From: an uncultured virus (IMG/VR IMGVR_UViG_3300044634_004095)
Taxonomy: Duplodnaviria > Heunggongvirae > Uroviricota > Caudoviricetes
IMG/VR virus record: IMGVR_UViG_3300044634_004095
Reading direction: 5' to 3' (one strand)
Length of the DNA stretch: 20,000 nucleotides
In this document: piece after piece, positions 8,538 to 15,873 of the stretch
Layout of the letters: the number at the start of each line of letters is the position of its first letter
Position numbering within the stretch: position 1 is the stretch's first letter
Notes under the pieces: model-generated
Told to the model about the DNA's origin: nothing
What the model saw: only the letters and a program-made list of their open reading frames with translations
The model's database searches: none
Program-made: the position numbers and the translations under genes

Positions 8538-8602
8538 TCTAGGAATAAAAATTGTTCTAACATATAGTTCTGGGCGCAACCAAAACCTTAGGATCGTTAC
8601 AG

Positions 8603-8642
8603 ATGCAGAAGCCGGGAGATTAATTTCTTCCGGCTTCTGCAT
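8603..8642. terminator. Long hairpin (terminator or RNA stem) upstream of ruvC
   Basis: ATGCAGAAGCCGGGAGA (8603-8619) pairs with TCTTCCGGCTTCTGCAT (8626-8642): 17 bp with one G-U. No poly-T tail. Confidence 0.6.
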
Positions 8643-8659
8643 ATAGTAGGATCGATTTT

Positions 8660-9220
8660 ATGAACGTAATGGGGCTAGACCTTTCCTTGACATCGACAGG
8701 ATGTTCCATAAACTCAAGAACATGTGTGGTTGGCACTAAAACAAAAAGTGCCGAAAGACTGTCCGTTATTTCTAAGTTAATATTAAATTTGGCACTAGAT
8801 AATTCAGTCGATGTTGCAATAATAGAGGGATACTCATTTGCCTCTCGCAACAGTCAAGCTCACAGTATCGGGGAACTCGGCGGAGCAGTAAGGATGAGGC
8901 TATGGGAAAACGGTATTCCCTTTATAAATGTCCCCCCAACATGCAGAGCTAAGTTTGCTACAGGAAAAGGAAATGCCGGAAAGAACGAAGTTATTTCAGC
9001 TATTTCTGCAAGGACAGGAATAGTCTGGTCAGGAGCGGGGGCAGACGACATGTGCGACGCCTGGATACTTGAGCAAATGGCTAAACAATTTCTCAATGAA
9101 TCCTCTTTTAGTTGGCCAAAAGTAAATATTGAATCTTTAGAAAAAATTGATTGGTCTCCGCTGGTAGGATTACCTAAAATAAAAAAGAAAAAAGGTTTTG
9201 ATGCGCAACTCCCCGATTAG
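8660..9220 (+). CDS. ruvC: RuvC-like Holliday junction resolvase
   Basis: VMGLDLSLTSTG, IIEGYSF, KFATGKGNAGKNEV and DDMCDA give the RuvC acidic catalytic pattern. Confidence 0.88.
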   Translation: MNVMGLDLSLTSTGCSINSRTCVVGTKTKSAERLSVISKLILNLALDNSVDVAIIEGYSFASRNSQAHSIGELGGAVRMRLWENGIPFINVPPTCRAKFATGKGNAGKNEVISAISARTGIVWSGAGADDMCDAWILEQMAKQFLNESSFSWPKVNIESLEKIDWSPLVGLPKIKKKKGFDAQLPD

Positions 9221-9536
9221 CCAAGTCGATATTGAAAATGAAATTTTACGTCTTTTGGATAGGCTTGAAAAAGAAACAGAGTCTTTTGAGTCACTTTCTG
9301 TTGACTCATCAAAAAAAGAAGCACACTACAAATCTAATTGGGCAAAAGAATATCTTGGGGCAAATGGAGCTATAAAGCAAAGAGAAGCATGGGCGGATTA
9401 TAAGTTGGAACAAGATTATTATGAATATAAAATTGCCGAGGCTTTAGTTAAATCAAAAAGAGAAGTGCTTCTAAGCTTACGGTCATCAATTGACGCAATG
9501 AGAACACTAAATGCGAATGTAAGGGTCCAAGTATGA
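9201..9536 (+). CDS. Hypothetical coiled-coil protein (possibly a UvsY-like recombination mediator)
   Basis: ATG 9201 with AAGG upstream; heptad-rich helical sequence next to ruvC. The UvsY resemblance is only an impression. Confidence 0.7.
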   Translation: MRNSPISQVDIENEILRLLDRLEKETESFESLSVDSSKKEAHYKSNWAKEYLGANGAIKQREAWADYKLEQDYYEYKIAEALVKSKREVLLSLRSSIDAMRTLNANVRVQV

Positions 9537-9823
9537 AATTTATAAAAAGAAATAAATCACTATTCCCAGAAAAACTAACAACGCATTGGGATTCCTTGCC
9601 TCATAAAAGATATTCAAGCATGAACGACGATGATCTTTGTCCTTGGAACCTGAGCCCAAAAACAATTGACGAGTTTGTGTTGGCATGTGATCAACGAAAT
9701 GAGTGGCACAAGAATAATGCTGGAGATCCTCGTTACTCCTGGTGGTCATGTCTATTGACCCACGATCTAATGGAAGACATCGCAAGAACGTTAAAGGAAA
9801 TTAAAGATGAACAACATTCATAA
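9533..9823 (+). CDS. Hypothetical protein (96 aa, Trp-rich)
   Basis: ATGA-coupled to the upstream gene and overlaps the start of the ParB-like gene. Confidence 0.7.
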   Translation: MKFIKRNKSLFPEKLTTHWDSLPHKRYSSMNDDDLCPWNLSPKTIDEFVLACDQRNEWHKNNAGDPRYSWWSCLLTHDLMEDIARTLKEIKDEQHS

Positions 9824-10667
9824 TTCTCTACAGCACTTGGCGGTTGACATATTGGACCTAATTCCACTTGAGGACAATCCCAGAAAGGGAAATGTTGACG
9901 CGATAGCATCTTCTTATCTTGAGTTTGGGCAGATTAAGCCTATTGTAATTCGACCAAACGATGACGGAACTGCAACAATCATTGCCGGAAACCACCAAGT
10001 CCAAGCAGCAAAGAAATTGGGATGGGATAAAATTGCTGCGGTTCCTTACGAAGTGGATAATCTTCGGGCGATCGCATTCGCAATTGCTGACAACAGGACG
10101 ATGGAACTTGGTTACACAGAGCCAGATCTGCTTAATAACGTTATTTTGGAGATTGGAGATTACTATCCTGAGCTGATTGAGGGCTTAGGATGGGATGAAT
10201 TTGAATTTGCCGAACTAGAACAAAAATCAATTCGAGAAGAAAATCAAGTGATTAGTTCAGGAAACTCCTACACTTCGCCTTCACTACAAACTCCCGCCAG
10301 CGATTTCGGAAACGGATTTGGAAACGGATTTGGAAGCCGCGAAGAAGAAGAAGAGCCACGTGCCCTACGAGAGTCTCCACGAATAGACATGAATGCAATT
10401 TCGATGACAAAAGACAGAGACGGCAAAACTGAATTAAACGTGAGGTCTGGAGTTAATCAAGACGATGCAGTCGTGAGGGGATCAACAACCGTTTCTCCTT
10501 CATCCGCACCTCAGGCAGTTGTCCAGTACACAATAGTTTTTGATACTCATCAACAGCAGGCAAGGTGGTATGAATTTATAAAATGGCTTCGATCTGACCC
10601 CGCAGTTGCTGGAACCACAACAGCAGAGCGAATAATAGACTTCATCGATCAGCACATCGAGCTATGA
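9807..10667 (+). CDS. ParB/Srx-like N-terminal domain protein with acidic linker and small C-terminal domain
   Basis: LIPLEDNPRKG...IASSYLEFGQIKPIVI...IIAGNHQVQAAKKLGW...AFAIADNR is the phage ParB-N signature. Confidence 0.88.
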   Translation: MNNIHNSLQHLAVDILDLIPLEDNPRKGNVDAIASSYLEFGQIKPIVIRPNDDGTATIIAGNHQVQAAKKLGWDKIAAVPYEVDNLRAIAFAIADNRTMELGYTEPDLLNNVILEIGDYYPELIEGLGWDEFEFAELEQKSIREENQVISSGNSYTSPSLQTPASDFGNGFGNGFGSREEEEEPRALRESPRIDMNAISMTKDRDGKTELNVRSGVNQDDAVVRGSTTVSPSSAPQAVVQYTIVFDTHQQQARWYEFIKWLRSDPAVAGTTTAERIIDFIDQHIEL

Positions 10668-11794
10668 CGCGTCAACGCCTATTCCTTGACATGTCGTGTG
10701 TTGACGCAGCACGTCAAAGAATAAGGCACGTTTACGACACTTTTGATACTGTTTGTGTCCAGTTTTCTGGAGGCAAGGACTCGACGGCCGTCTTGCACTT
10801 AGCGCGAGAAGTTCATGAGGAAAGAGGCCTAGGTCCAGTAAAAGTAATATTTCGTGACGAAGAAATGGTCAGCCCAACGGTGATCGACTACGTTGAGCGA
10901 GTCAGAAACTATCCCTGGGTTGATATGGAATGGTATTGCTTGCCATACCCTGCGGAAATATGGGTTCTTGGCAGAAGGCTAACAACTCTTTTGTGGAGTC
11001 AGGAAAGATATGAGCAAGGCCGTTGGGTTAGAGAGATGCCATCATGGGCTATAAGCGGTAAGAACTTTGGCCTATCTCACAATACATCACTCCCTGAGCA
11101 GACCGACTATTACACCATGCAGGGAAAAAAGGGGAATGTTGCATTTCTTACTGGCGTGCGCGCAAGTGAGTCAATGGTTCGCTACAGGTCGGTTGTCCAA
11201 AAACTTCACGAAAACTATATAAACATTCCTTATAGGTTGAAAAAGGGTATTCCGTTAAAGTTTGCAAAAGTTATTTATGACTGGAATACAAATGATGTAT
11301 TCAAGTACATAGCCGAAGAGTGCGGAGCCGAATATTGCGAATACTATGATTTAGCAGTACTAACTGGCAGCAACAACCGCATCGGTATTCCGCTGCACGC
11401 AACCGCCATCCGTAGAATCGGCGACGTAGTAGCAACTGAGCCTGAATTTTATGACCGACTATTTGAATGTTTTCCATATATCGATGCGCAGCGTAGACTA
11501 TGGCCAGAATTTAATGTCGAAAAATTAATCTCTAGCTATTCAGCAGATGGATTCGATGGAGCGTCAAGGTTTATTGACGAGTACCTCATAGGGGATCGAC
11601 GAAAAATGGAAGCCAAAGTCTATGTTTCAAAATTTAGAAAAAAACATCTGACAGATCCTCATGGTTATCCTGTCAGTTGGCTTATAAGGAATTTAATGCT
11701 GAACGAAATAGATGTTAATTCACCAACCCCGGTGGGGCCAAAGACACGAGCGTATACCGTCCGTGAATCAGAAATAGAGGATGCAACGGAATGA
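10664..11794 (+). CDS. PAPS-reductase-like PP-loop protein (IbrA-like)
   Basis: AARQRIRHVYDTFDTVCVQFSGGKDS (PP-loop), FRDEE, WYCLP, LTGVRASESMVR and IYDWNTNDVF. ATGA-coupled on both sides. Confidence 0.88.
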   Translation: MTRQRLFLDMSCVDAARQRIRHVYDTFDTVCVQFSGGKDSTAVLHLAREVHEERGLGPVKVIFRDEEMVSPTVIDYVERVRNYPWVDMEWYCLPYPAEIWVLGRRLTTLLWSQERYEQGRWVREMPSWAISGKNFGLSHNTSLPEQTDYYTMQGKKGNVAFLTGVRASESMVRYRSVVQKLHENYINIPYRLKKGIPLKFAKVIYDWNTNDVFKYIAEECGAEYCEYYDLAVLTGSNNRIGIPLHATAIRRIGDVVATEPEFYDRLFECFPYIDAQRRLWPEFNVEKLISSYSADGFDGASRFIDEYLIGDRRKMEAKVYVSKFRKKHLTDPHGYPVSWLIRNLMLNEIDVNSPTPVGPKTRAYTVRESEIEDATE

Positions 11795-12342
11795 TAGATA
11801 TTCAGTATGTCGAGCATTCTCAGCTCTCGGTCCCTGCTTGGAGAGCAACCTACGTTCTTCGTCCGGAGATGTTAATAATCGCTGGTTCACTTTCTCAGCA
11901 TGGATTCATACAGCCACTCCACGTAAGGAAGGATACTGGCGAAATAATCGATGGTTCAGAAAGATTCTTAATTGCTACGAGCATTCGTGAGCTTCTGAGA
12001 AAATCAGATGGCTTAATTCCCGTAGTTATGCACGACGTTGACCAAGCGGATGCGATGATGATGCACGTCCAGCTAAATAGAGGTCATTCGGTGATGACTG
12101 CAGCAAAAGTTTCAACGATAATCAGAGCACTAAAGAGATCAGGAAAGTATTCTGCTAGAGATTTTGAGTCGATCTTATGTATGCGGTCAGAAGAACTCTC
12201 ATTAATGCTTGACGGAGACCTAATAAAAAATAGAAAAATACTTGAACATAACTATGCTCGCGCATGGATTCCCATAGAAGCCCCCTCTTCAAAGGTGGAA
12301 GATGTCTTCGTTATTGAAAGACCACCCAATCCTGACCGTTGA
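11791..12342 (+). CDS. ParB-like protein (IbrB-like)
   Basis: SLSQHGFIQPLHV...EIIDGSERF...IPVV...MHVQLNRGHS resembles IbrB-type ParB proteins. It follows an IbrA-like gene. Confidence 0.8.
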   Translation: MIDIQYVEHSQLSVPAWRATYVLRPEMLIIAGSLSQHGFIQPLHVRKDTGEIIDGSERFLIATSIRELLRKSDGLIPVVMHDVDQADAMMMHVQLNRGHSVMTAAKVSTIIRALKRSGKYSARDFESILCMRSEELSLMLDGDLIKNRKILEHNYARAWIPIEAPSSKVEDVFVIERPPNPDR

Positions 12343-12388
12343 GTAAAGCTTTTTCTGGTATATTTTTTAAAAGCCAGAGGAGTTAAAT

Positions 12389-13168
12389 ATGCCAGGCGTA
12401 CGCTACGGTCCAGATATTGCTGATGATGCCGCTTATGTTATGAATAACCTCGTCGACATAAATCGTCGATACAGGGAAACCGGAAAACTTCCTAGAGAAT
12501 TTCAAAAATTTGCAAAATTAGCTAGAGAAGTATTCGGAGTAAGGGAATCCGACATAAGAAAAGGCAAGTACGGAGACCTTTCTAGACTTGCGCAATATAG
12601 CTCTGCAGGAAGAAGCGCACGCGGCAAGGCGTACCAGAGAGCAAAACTTGCACGAAGTTGGCGCACAAAGAAGATAATGAAACGCGGACTGCGCCAAGAG
12701 TTCCAAAAAAGGGGCGAGAAGCCATCTGGCCGAGCACAAAGCGGCGTACGTAAAACGAGCCGAGGAGATGCTATTTCGGGGATTTCCGGAGTAGAAAGGC
12801 AGGGCCGAGGTGGAGCCACTTATCTTGGCAGAACAAAGACCAAGACTTTTGATAAATTGGCAGATGCCGCCTATGCAAGAGCAAGAAGAAATAAAGTTCA
12901 AATAGGTGGAGCAAGAGTAACTCAAGCAACTGCTGCGTCAATAGACAAGCTAAATATAGCGCGAACAGGAAAATTTCTTCCAGGGTTTGATGGTCAGCCT
13001 TTTGGCGGCACTGGCCGCAGGAGCGGTTCCAGCATTAGACCTCCAAAATCTAAAACCGCTGCGGCAGCGTCTCAAGCAAAAAGAGCAAAGACCGTAAAGG
13101 GAGCAGGAAAACCAGGAAGAAACTCCACGGCAAGAGGTGGAAGATCTCCAAAGCGACCTAAAAAATAA
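12389..13168 (+). CDS. Highly basic Arg/Lys/Gly/Ala-rich protein, probably nucleic-acid binding
   Basis: Strong SD (GAGGAG) and TGGTATATT -10-like element upstream. The sequence is dominated by R/K/G/A/S, with few acidic residues after the N-terminus. Confidence 0.8.
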   Translation: MPGVRYGPDIADDAAYVMNNLVDINRRYRETGKLPREFQKFAKLAREVFGVRESDIRKGKYGDLSRLAQYSSAGRSARGKAYQRAKLARSWRTKKIMKRGLRQEFQKRGEKPSGRAQSGVRKTSRGDAISGISGVERQGRGGATYLGRTKTKTFDKLADAAYARARRNKVQIGGARVTQATAASIDKLNIARTGKFLPGFDGQPFGGTGRRSGSSIRPPKSKTAAAASQAKRAKTVKGAGKPGRNSTARGGRSPKRPKK

Positions 13169-13177
13169 AACACTTAA

Positions 13178-13567
13178 CTAAATAATCAAATGTTTTTCGT
13201 GCATCCCTATCAAGGGTTCATCGTCATTCTCGCACATGTCTTCTAGAAATGTTTGACTTTCATCTCCATAGTCCTCTTCGCACATGAATTTTTTAAAATC
13301 TTCTAAAGGTTTAACTTTTGCTATGTAATTTCCGTCTTCATCTTTGCCGACTATTTTTACACCTGCTGCTATGAGCGATATAACCGAGATGTCCCACATT
13401 GCTTGAAGAAAATCGTTTAAATTCTCTTCGTATTCCAATTCCTTGTCTTCATCTTCAAAGAAGTAAAATAGCACCTCTAGCATTTTTTGCAAAGACTCCA
13501 AGGTTGCTTTCTTTGCTTCTTTTTTGCTTATTGGCGTAATGCTTGATATATCAAGTGATGTTTTCAT
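13178..13567 (-). CDS. Acidic hypothetical protein, paralog of 13624-13908
   Basis: D/E-rich ORF. Aligns by eye with its neighbour (EVLFYFF / MWDISV / KPLEDFKKFM). TAGATT lies 6 nt before the ATG. Confidence 0.82.
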   Translation of the reverse strand: MKTSLDISSITPISKKEAKKATLESLQKMLEVLFYFFEDEDKELEYEENLNDFLQAMWDISVISLIAAGVKIVGKDEDGNYIAKVKPLEDFKKFMCEEDYGDESQTFLEDMCENDDEPLIGMHEKHLII

Positions 13568-13623
13568 GTTTTTAATCTACCCTCTCGAAGGACATTGGTC
13601 AAACAGCGTTTTTACTTTACAGT

Positions 13624-13908
13624 TTAAGAATTGTTGTTTAAAAATTCTTTTACATTTTTTACAGGGGTAAAGCCGATAACGTACTCATCTTCTCCATTTT
13701 TTTCTAGAACTTCCATTCCGACGGAAGCCATGCAAGCCACTGCAATATTCCAAAGGTGATTAACAAATTCGCTGATTGCTTCTTCGTTGTCTAATCCCGT
13801 TTCATTTTCAGAAAAAAAATGCCACAGAACCTCGGTTACGTGGTTCAGGATATCGACAATTCCCTCTTGCCGCATTTCATCAGTAATTGCATTTTTGGGT
13901 GATGTCAT
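13624..13908 (-). CDS. Acidic hypothetical protein (94 aa), paralog of 13178-13567
   Basis: Start reassigned to ATG 13908 (MTSPKNAI...). Motifs EVLWHFF / LWNIAV / TPVKNVKEFL. TATCTT lies 6 nt before the ATG. Confidence 0.8.
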   Translation of the reverse strand: MTSPKNAITDEMRQEGIVDILNHVTEVLWHFFSENETGLDNEEAISEFVNHLWNIAVACMASVGMEVLEKNGEDEYVIGFTPVKNVKEFLNNNS

Positions 13909-13979
13909 AGTCAGAAGATAGGCCTTTAGTTTCGTCGAGTCAAGTATTCTATATAGACCGAAGCCCTTGGCAAGTAGTG

Positions 13980-13985
13980 TAAAAT
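13980..13985 (+). promoter_or_regulatory. Putative -10 element for the neck genes
   Basis: TAAAAT in the divergent intergenic region, 41 nt upstream of the ATG at 14027. Confidence 0.45.
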
Positions 13986-14026
13986 TAAAAACATACGATT
14001 TCGAGATTGATTGACATGAGGCAATA

Positions 14027-14671
14027 ATGCTTGTTGGACTACCCGACATAAAGAATTACATGGATATTTCTCTCACTACGCGTCAAGAAGACGCTGCCTT
14101 AATGATCCTTGCCGGTCTGCAAAGCGAACTTGAATCCTATCTTCGACGCCCGATAGAAGTCCAGGAATTCACCGAGAGCATCCGCCTTGACTCAGGACAT
14201 ATAGGCATCCCATTGGGGTCCTTCCTCACGATGGGCGATAACGTCTTTGACACAAGTTTTCGCGAAACGACGGGAGTTGACGCAACGACTTTTGCGACTC
14301 CTCCACCGACGATATATCTTAAAAATACTCCTATATCAAACATAATCGAAGTTAAAGTGACGCCCCTGTTTGGCTCAGAAAGAGTTTTGGTCGAAGACAC
14401 CGACTACGTTGTGAGAAAATACGGCATTGATTACTACTATGGCTATGCAGACGATTTGGTTGAAATAACATACGAAGCAGGACTGGATGGGGATTCGATC
14501 CCAATTTTCAAGCTATTAATACTGCGTGCTGCGGCTCGAGAAATGCAAAACATGTATGACGACGTAGTTGGCGTAAAGGACTTAAACACAAGAAACGTTG
14601 GTCCATTGATAACTGGCTTCCTTGATACGGAGCTTGCATCGGTCCGTAAACATAAACGATCGAGGATCTAA
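14027..14671 (+). CDS. Head-tail adaptor/connector protein (gp6/gp15-like)
   Basis: LVGLPDIKNYM...ELESYLRRPI...LKNTPI...VEITYEAG...FKLLILRAAAR is a typical adaptor pattern. First gene of the neck block. Confidence 0.8.
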   Translation: MLVGLPDIKNYMDISLTTRQEDAALMILAGLQSELESYLRRPIEVQEFTESIRLDSGHIGIPLGSFLTMGDNVFDTSFRETTGVDATTFATPPPTIYLKNTPISNIIEVKVTPLFGSERVLVEDTDYVVRKYGIDYYYGYADDLVEITYEAGLDGDSIPIFKLLILRAAAREMQNMYDDVVGVKDLNTRNVGPLITGFLDTELASVRKHKRSRI

Positions 14672-14673
14672 AC

Positions 14674-15165
14674 GTGGCTGGCCGGAATGTAGTTGATGTA
14701 ATAATTACAGTTGACGTCGATAACGACGAAGCCCAAGACAGACTCAAGGCAATGCGTGATCGAGCAAAGAATCTCAAACCAGTTTTAAGATGGGCTGGAG
14801 AAAAACTTGAAAGAGCTTATTCAGCTAATTTTTCTACAATGGGGAGTTTCTCCGCAATGGCCATGCTCCGTGGAGCCTGGCCACCTTTGGACCCGGCATA
14901 CGCTGCGTGGAAGGCTACGAGGTTCCCTGGAGCTCCGACCCTAGTCAGGACTGGCGGGTTGCTCAAAGAGGTATCAAACATAAGCAGCAATTCAGCGAGC
15001 AATATTGACGATATGGAAGCGGAATTCGCAGTCGTCGGAAAAATTCCTAAATTCCATCAGTACGGAACCGAAAACATGCCTGCACGTAAAATAATATTCG
15101 TACCTCGCAATTTTGATCAAGATCTAGCGGATCAAACTGCTCGATTCATAAAGTTTGGGAGCTAG
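14674..15165 (+). CDS. Virion morphogenesis / neck protein (Mu gpG-like)
   Basis: WPPLDPAYAAWK...TLVRTGGL...FHQYGTENMPARKII matches the virion morphogenesis family pattern. GTG start. Confidence 0.82.
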   Translation: MAGRNVVDVIITVDVDNDEAQDRLKAMRDRAKNLKPVLRWAGEKLERAYSANFSTMGSFSAMAMLRGAWPPLDPAYAAWKATRFPGAPTLVRTGGLLKEVSNISSNSASNIDDMEAEFAVVGKIPKFHQYGTENMPARKIIFVPRNFDQDLADQTARFIKFGS

Positions 15166-15169
15166 TTGC

Positions 15170-15778
15170 TTGATTTACTTAATGAACGGTGCTCATGCTG
15201 CAAAAAGTTACGTCAATGAGTATTTGACAACCGACATCCCAGTTCGGCTGATTACATATCGCAATGGGTGGAATCTAGATAGCACAAAGCTCCCAGACCC
15301 AGAGCAATATCTTGTCCACGAACCTTTGGCAATAGATGGTTGGCCATCAATAGTTACGCTTGTTCTTTCTACAAATCAGATGCAGCGTATTGGTTTTGAA
15401 AATAACAATCCTATTTATCGAGTTTCTTATTCTATGCGTACATATGTATGGATTCGCACCGAGGGGTCCCAGGAATGCAGCCTCATGAGGGACAGAATGA
15501 TAACCGTTGTTAGGTCATCGATACTGGACTATCCCTGCCTAAAGGCATTCGATAGTAGATCAAATTTCCGAATTCTTATTGACGAGGGTACTATTCGTGA
15601 AGAATTTTCCGATACAACGCTACTAAAAGGCGAAAGGTACATGGCCGGAGCCTTCCTAGGATATACCCTTGAAATTGACGAAGTTGTTGAAAGACTCGAC
15701 GTCGGAACAATAGCAACATTTGACTTCGGAATACAGACAGCTTCTATTGGTGGTCTACTGCCAATATTTAATGACTAA
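15170..15778 (+). CDS. Probable tail completion/terminator protein
   Basis: Position between the neck gene and the sheath; beta-rich sequence. TTG start at 15170 follows GGGAG (alternative ATG at 15182). Confidence 0.65.
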   Translation: MIYLMNGAHAAKSYVNEYLTTDIPVRLITYRNGWNLDSTKLPDPEQYLVHEPLAIDGWPSIVTLVLSTNQMQRIGFENNNPIYRVSYSMRTYVWIRTEGSQECSLMRDRMITVVRSSILDYPCLKAFDSRSNFRILIDEGTIREEFSDTTLLKGERYMAGAFLGYTLEIDEVVERLDVGTIATFDFGIQTASIGGLLPIFND

Positions 15779-15827
15779 TTCAAAAAATACGAATAGATAG
15801 TTGCATAAAATAATCATCACCGCTCTG

Positions 15828-15833
15828 TACAAT
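15828..15833 (+). promoter_or_regulatory. Putative -10 element for the sheath/tube genes
   Basis: TACAAT 40 nt upstream of the sheath ATG, with AGGAAGG SD in between. Confidence 0.5.
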
Positions 15834-15873
15834 TAAAACCAGTACGGGATTCCCCCTAGAACAGGAAGGTCCT

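Noticed and set aside
8382..8642. 86-aa minus-strand ORF across the intergenic region
   Set aside because: It starts within the hairpin, has no convincing SD or protein-like features, and the promoter, SD and terminator signals point to the plus strand.
10304..10335. 12-bp tandem repeat GGAAACGGATTT
   Set aside because: Only about 2.5 copies, encoding FGNGFGNGFG in a disordered linker; likely simple slippage.
10664..11794. cysH as an auxiliary sulfur-assimilation gene
   Set aside because: It lacks the C-terminal catalytic ECGLH-type motif, and its ParB-flanked context fits IbrA-like proteins.
13909..14049. N-terminal extension of the 13624-14049 ORF as given in the track
   Set aside because: It overlaps the divergent adaptor gene and promoter region. 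The paralog alignment and -10 spacing support the start at 13908.
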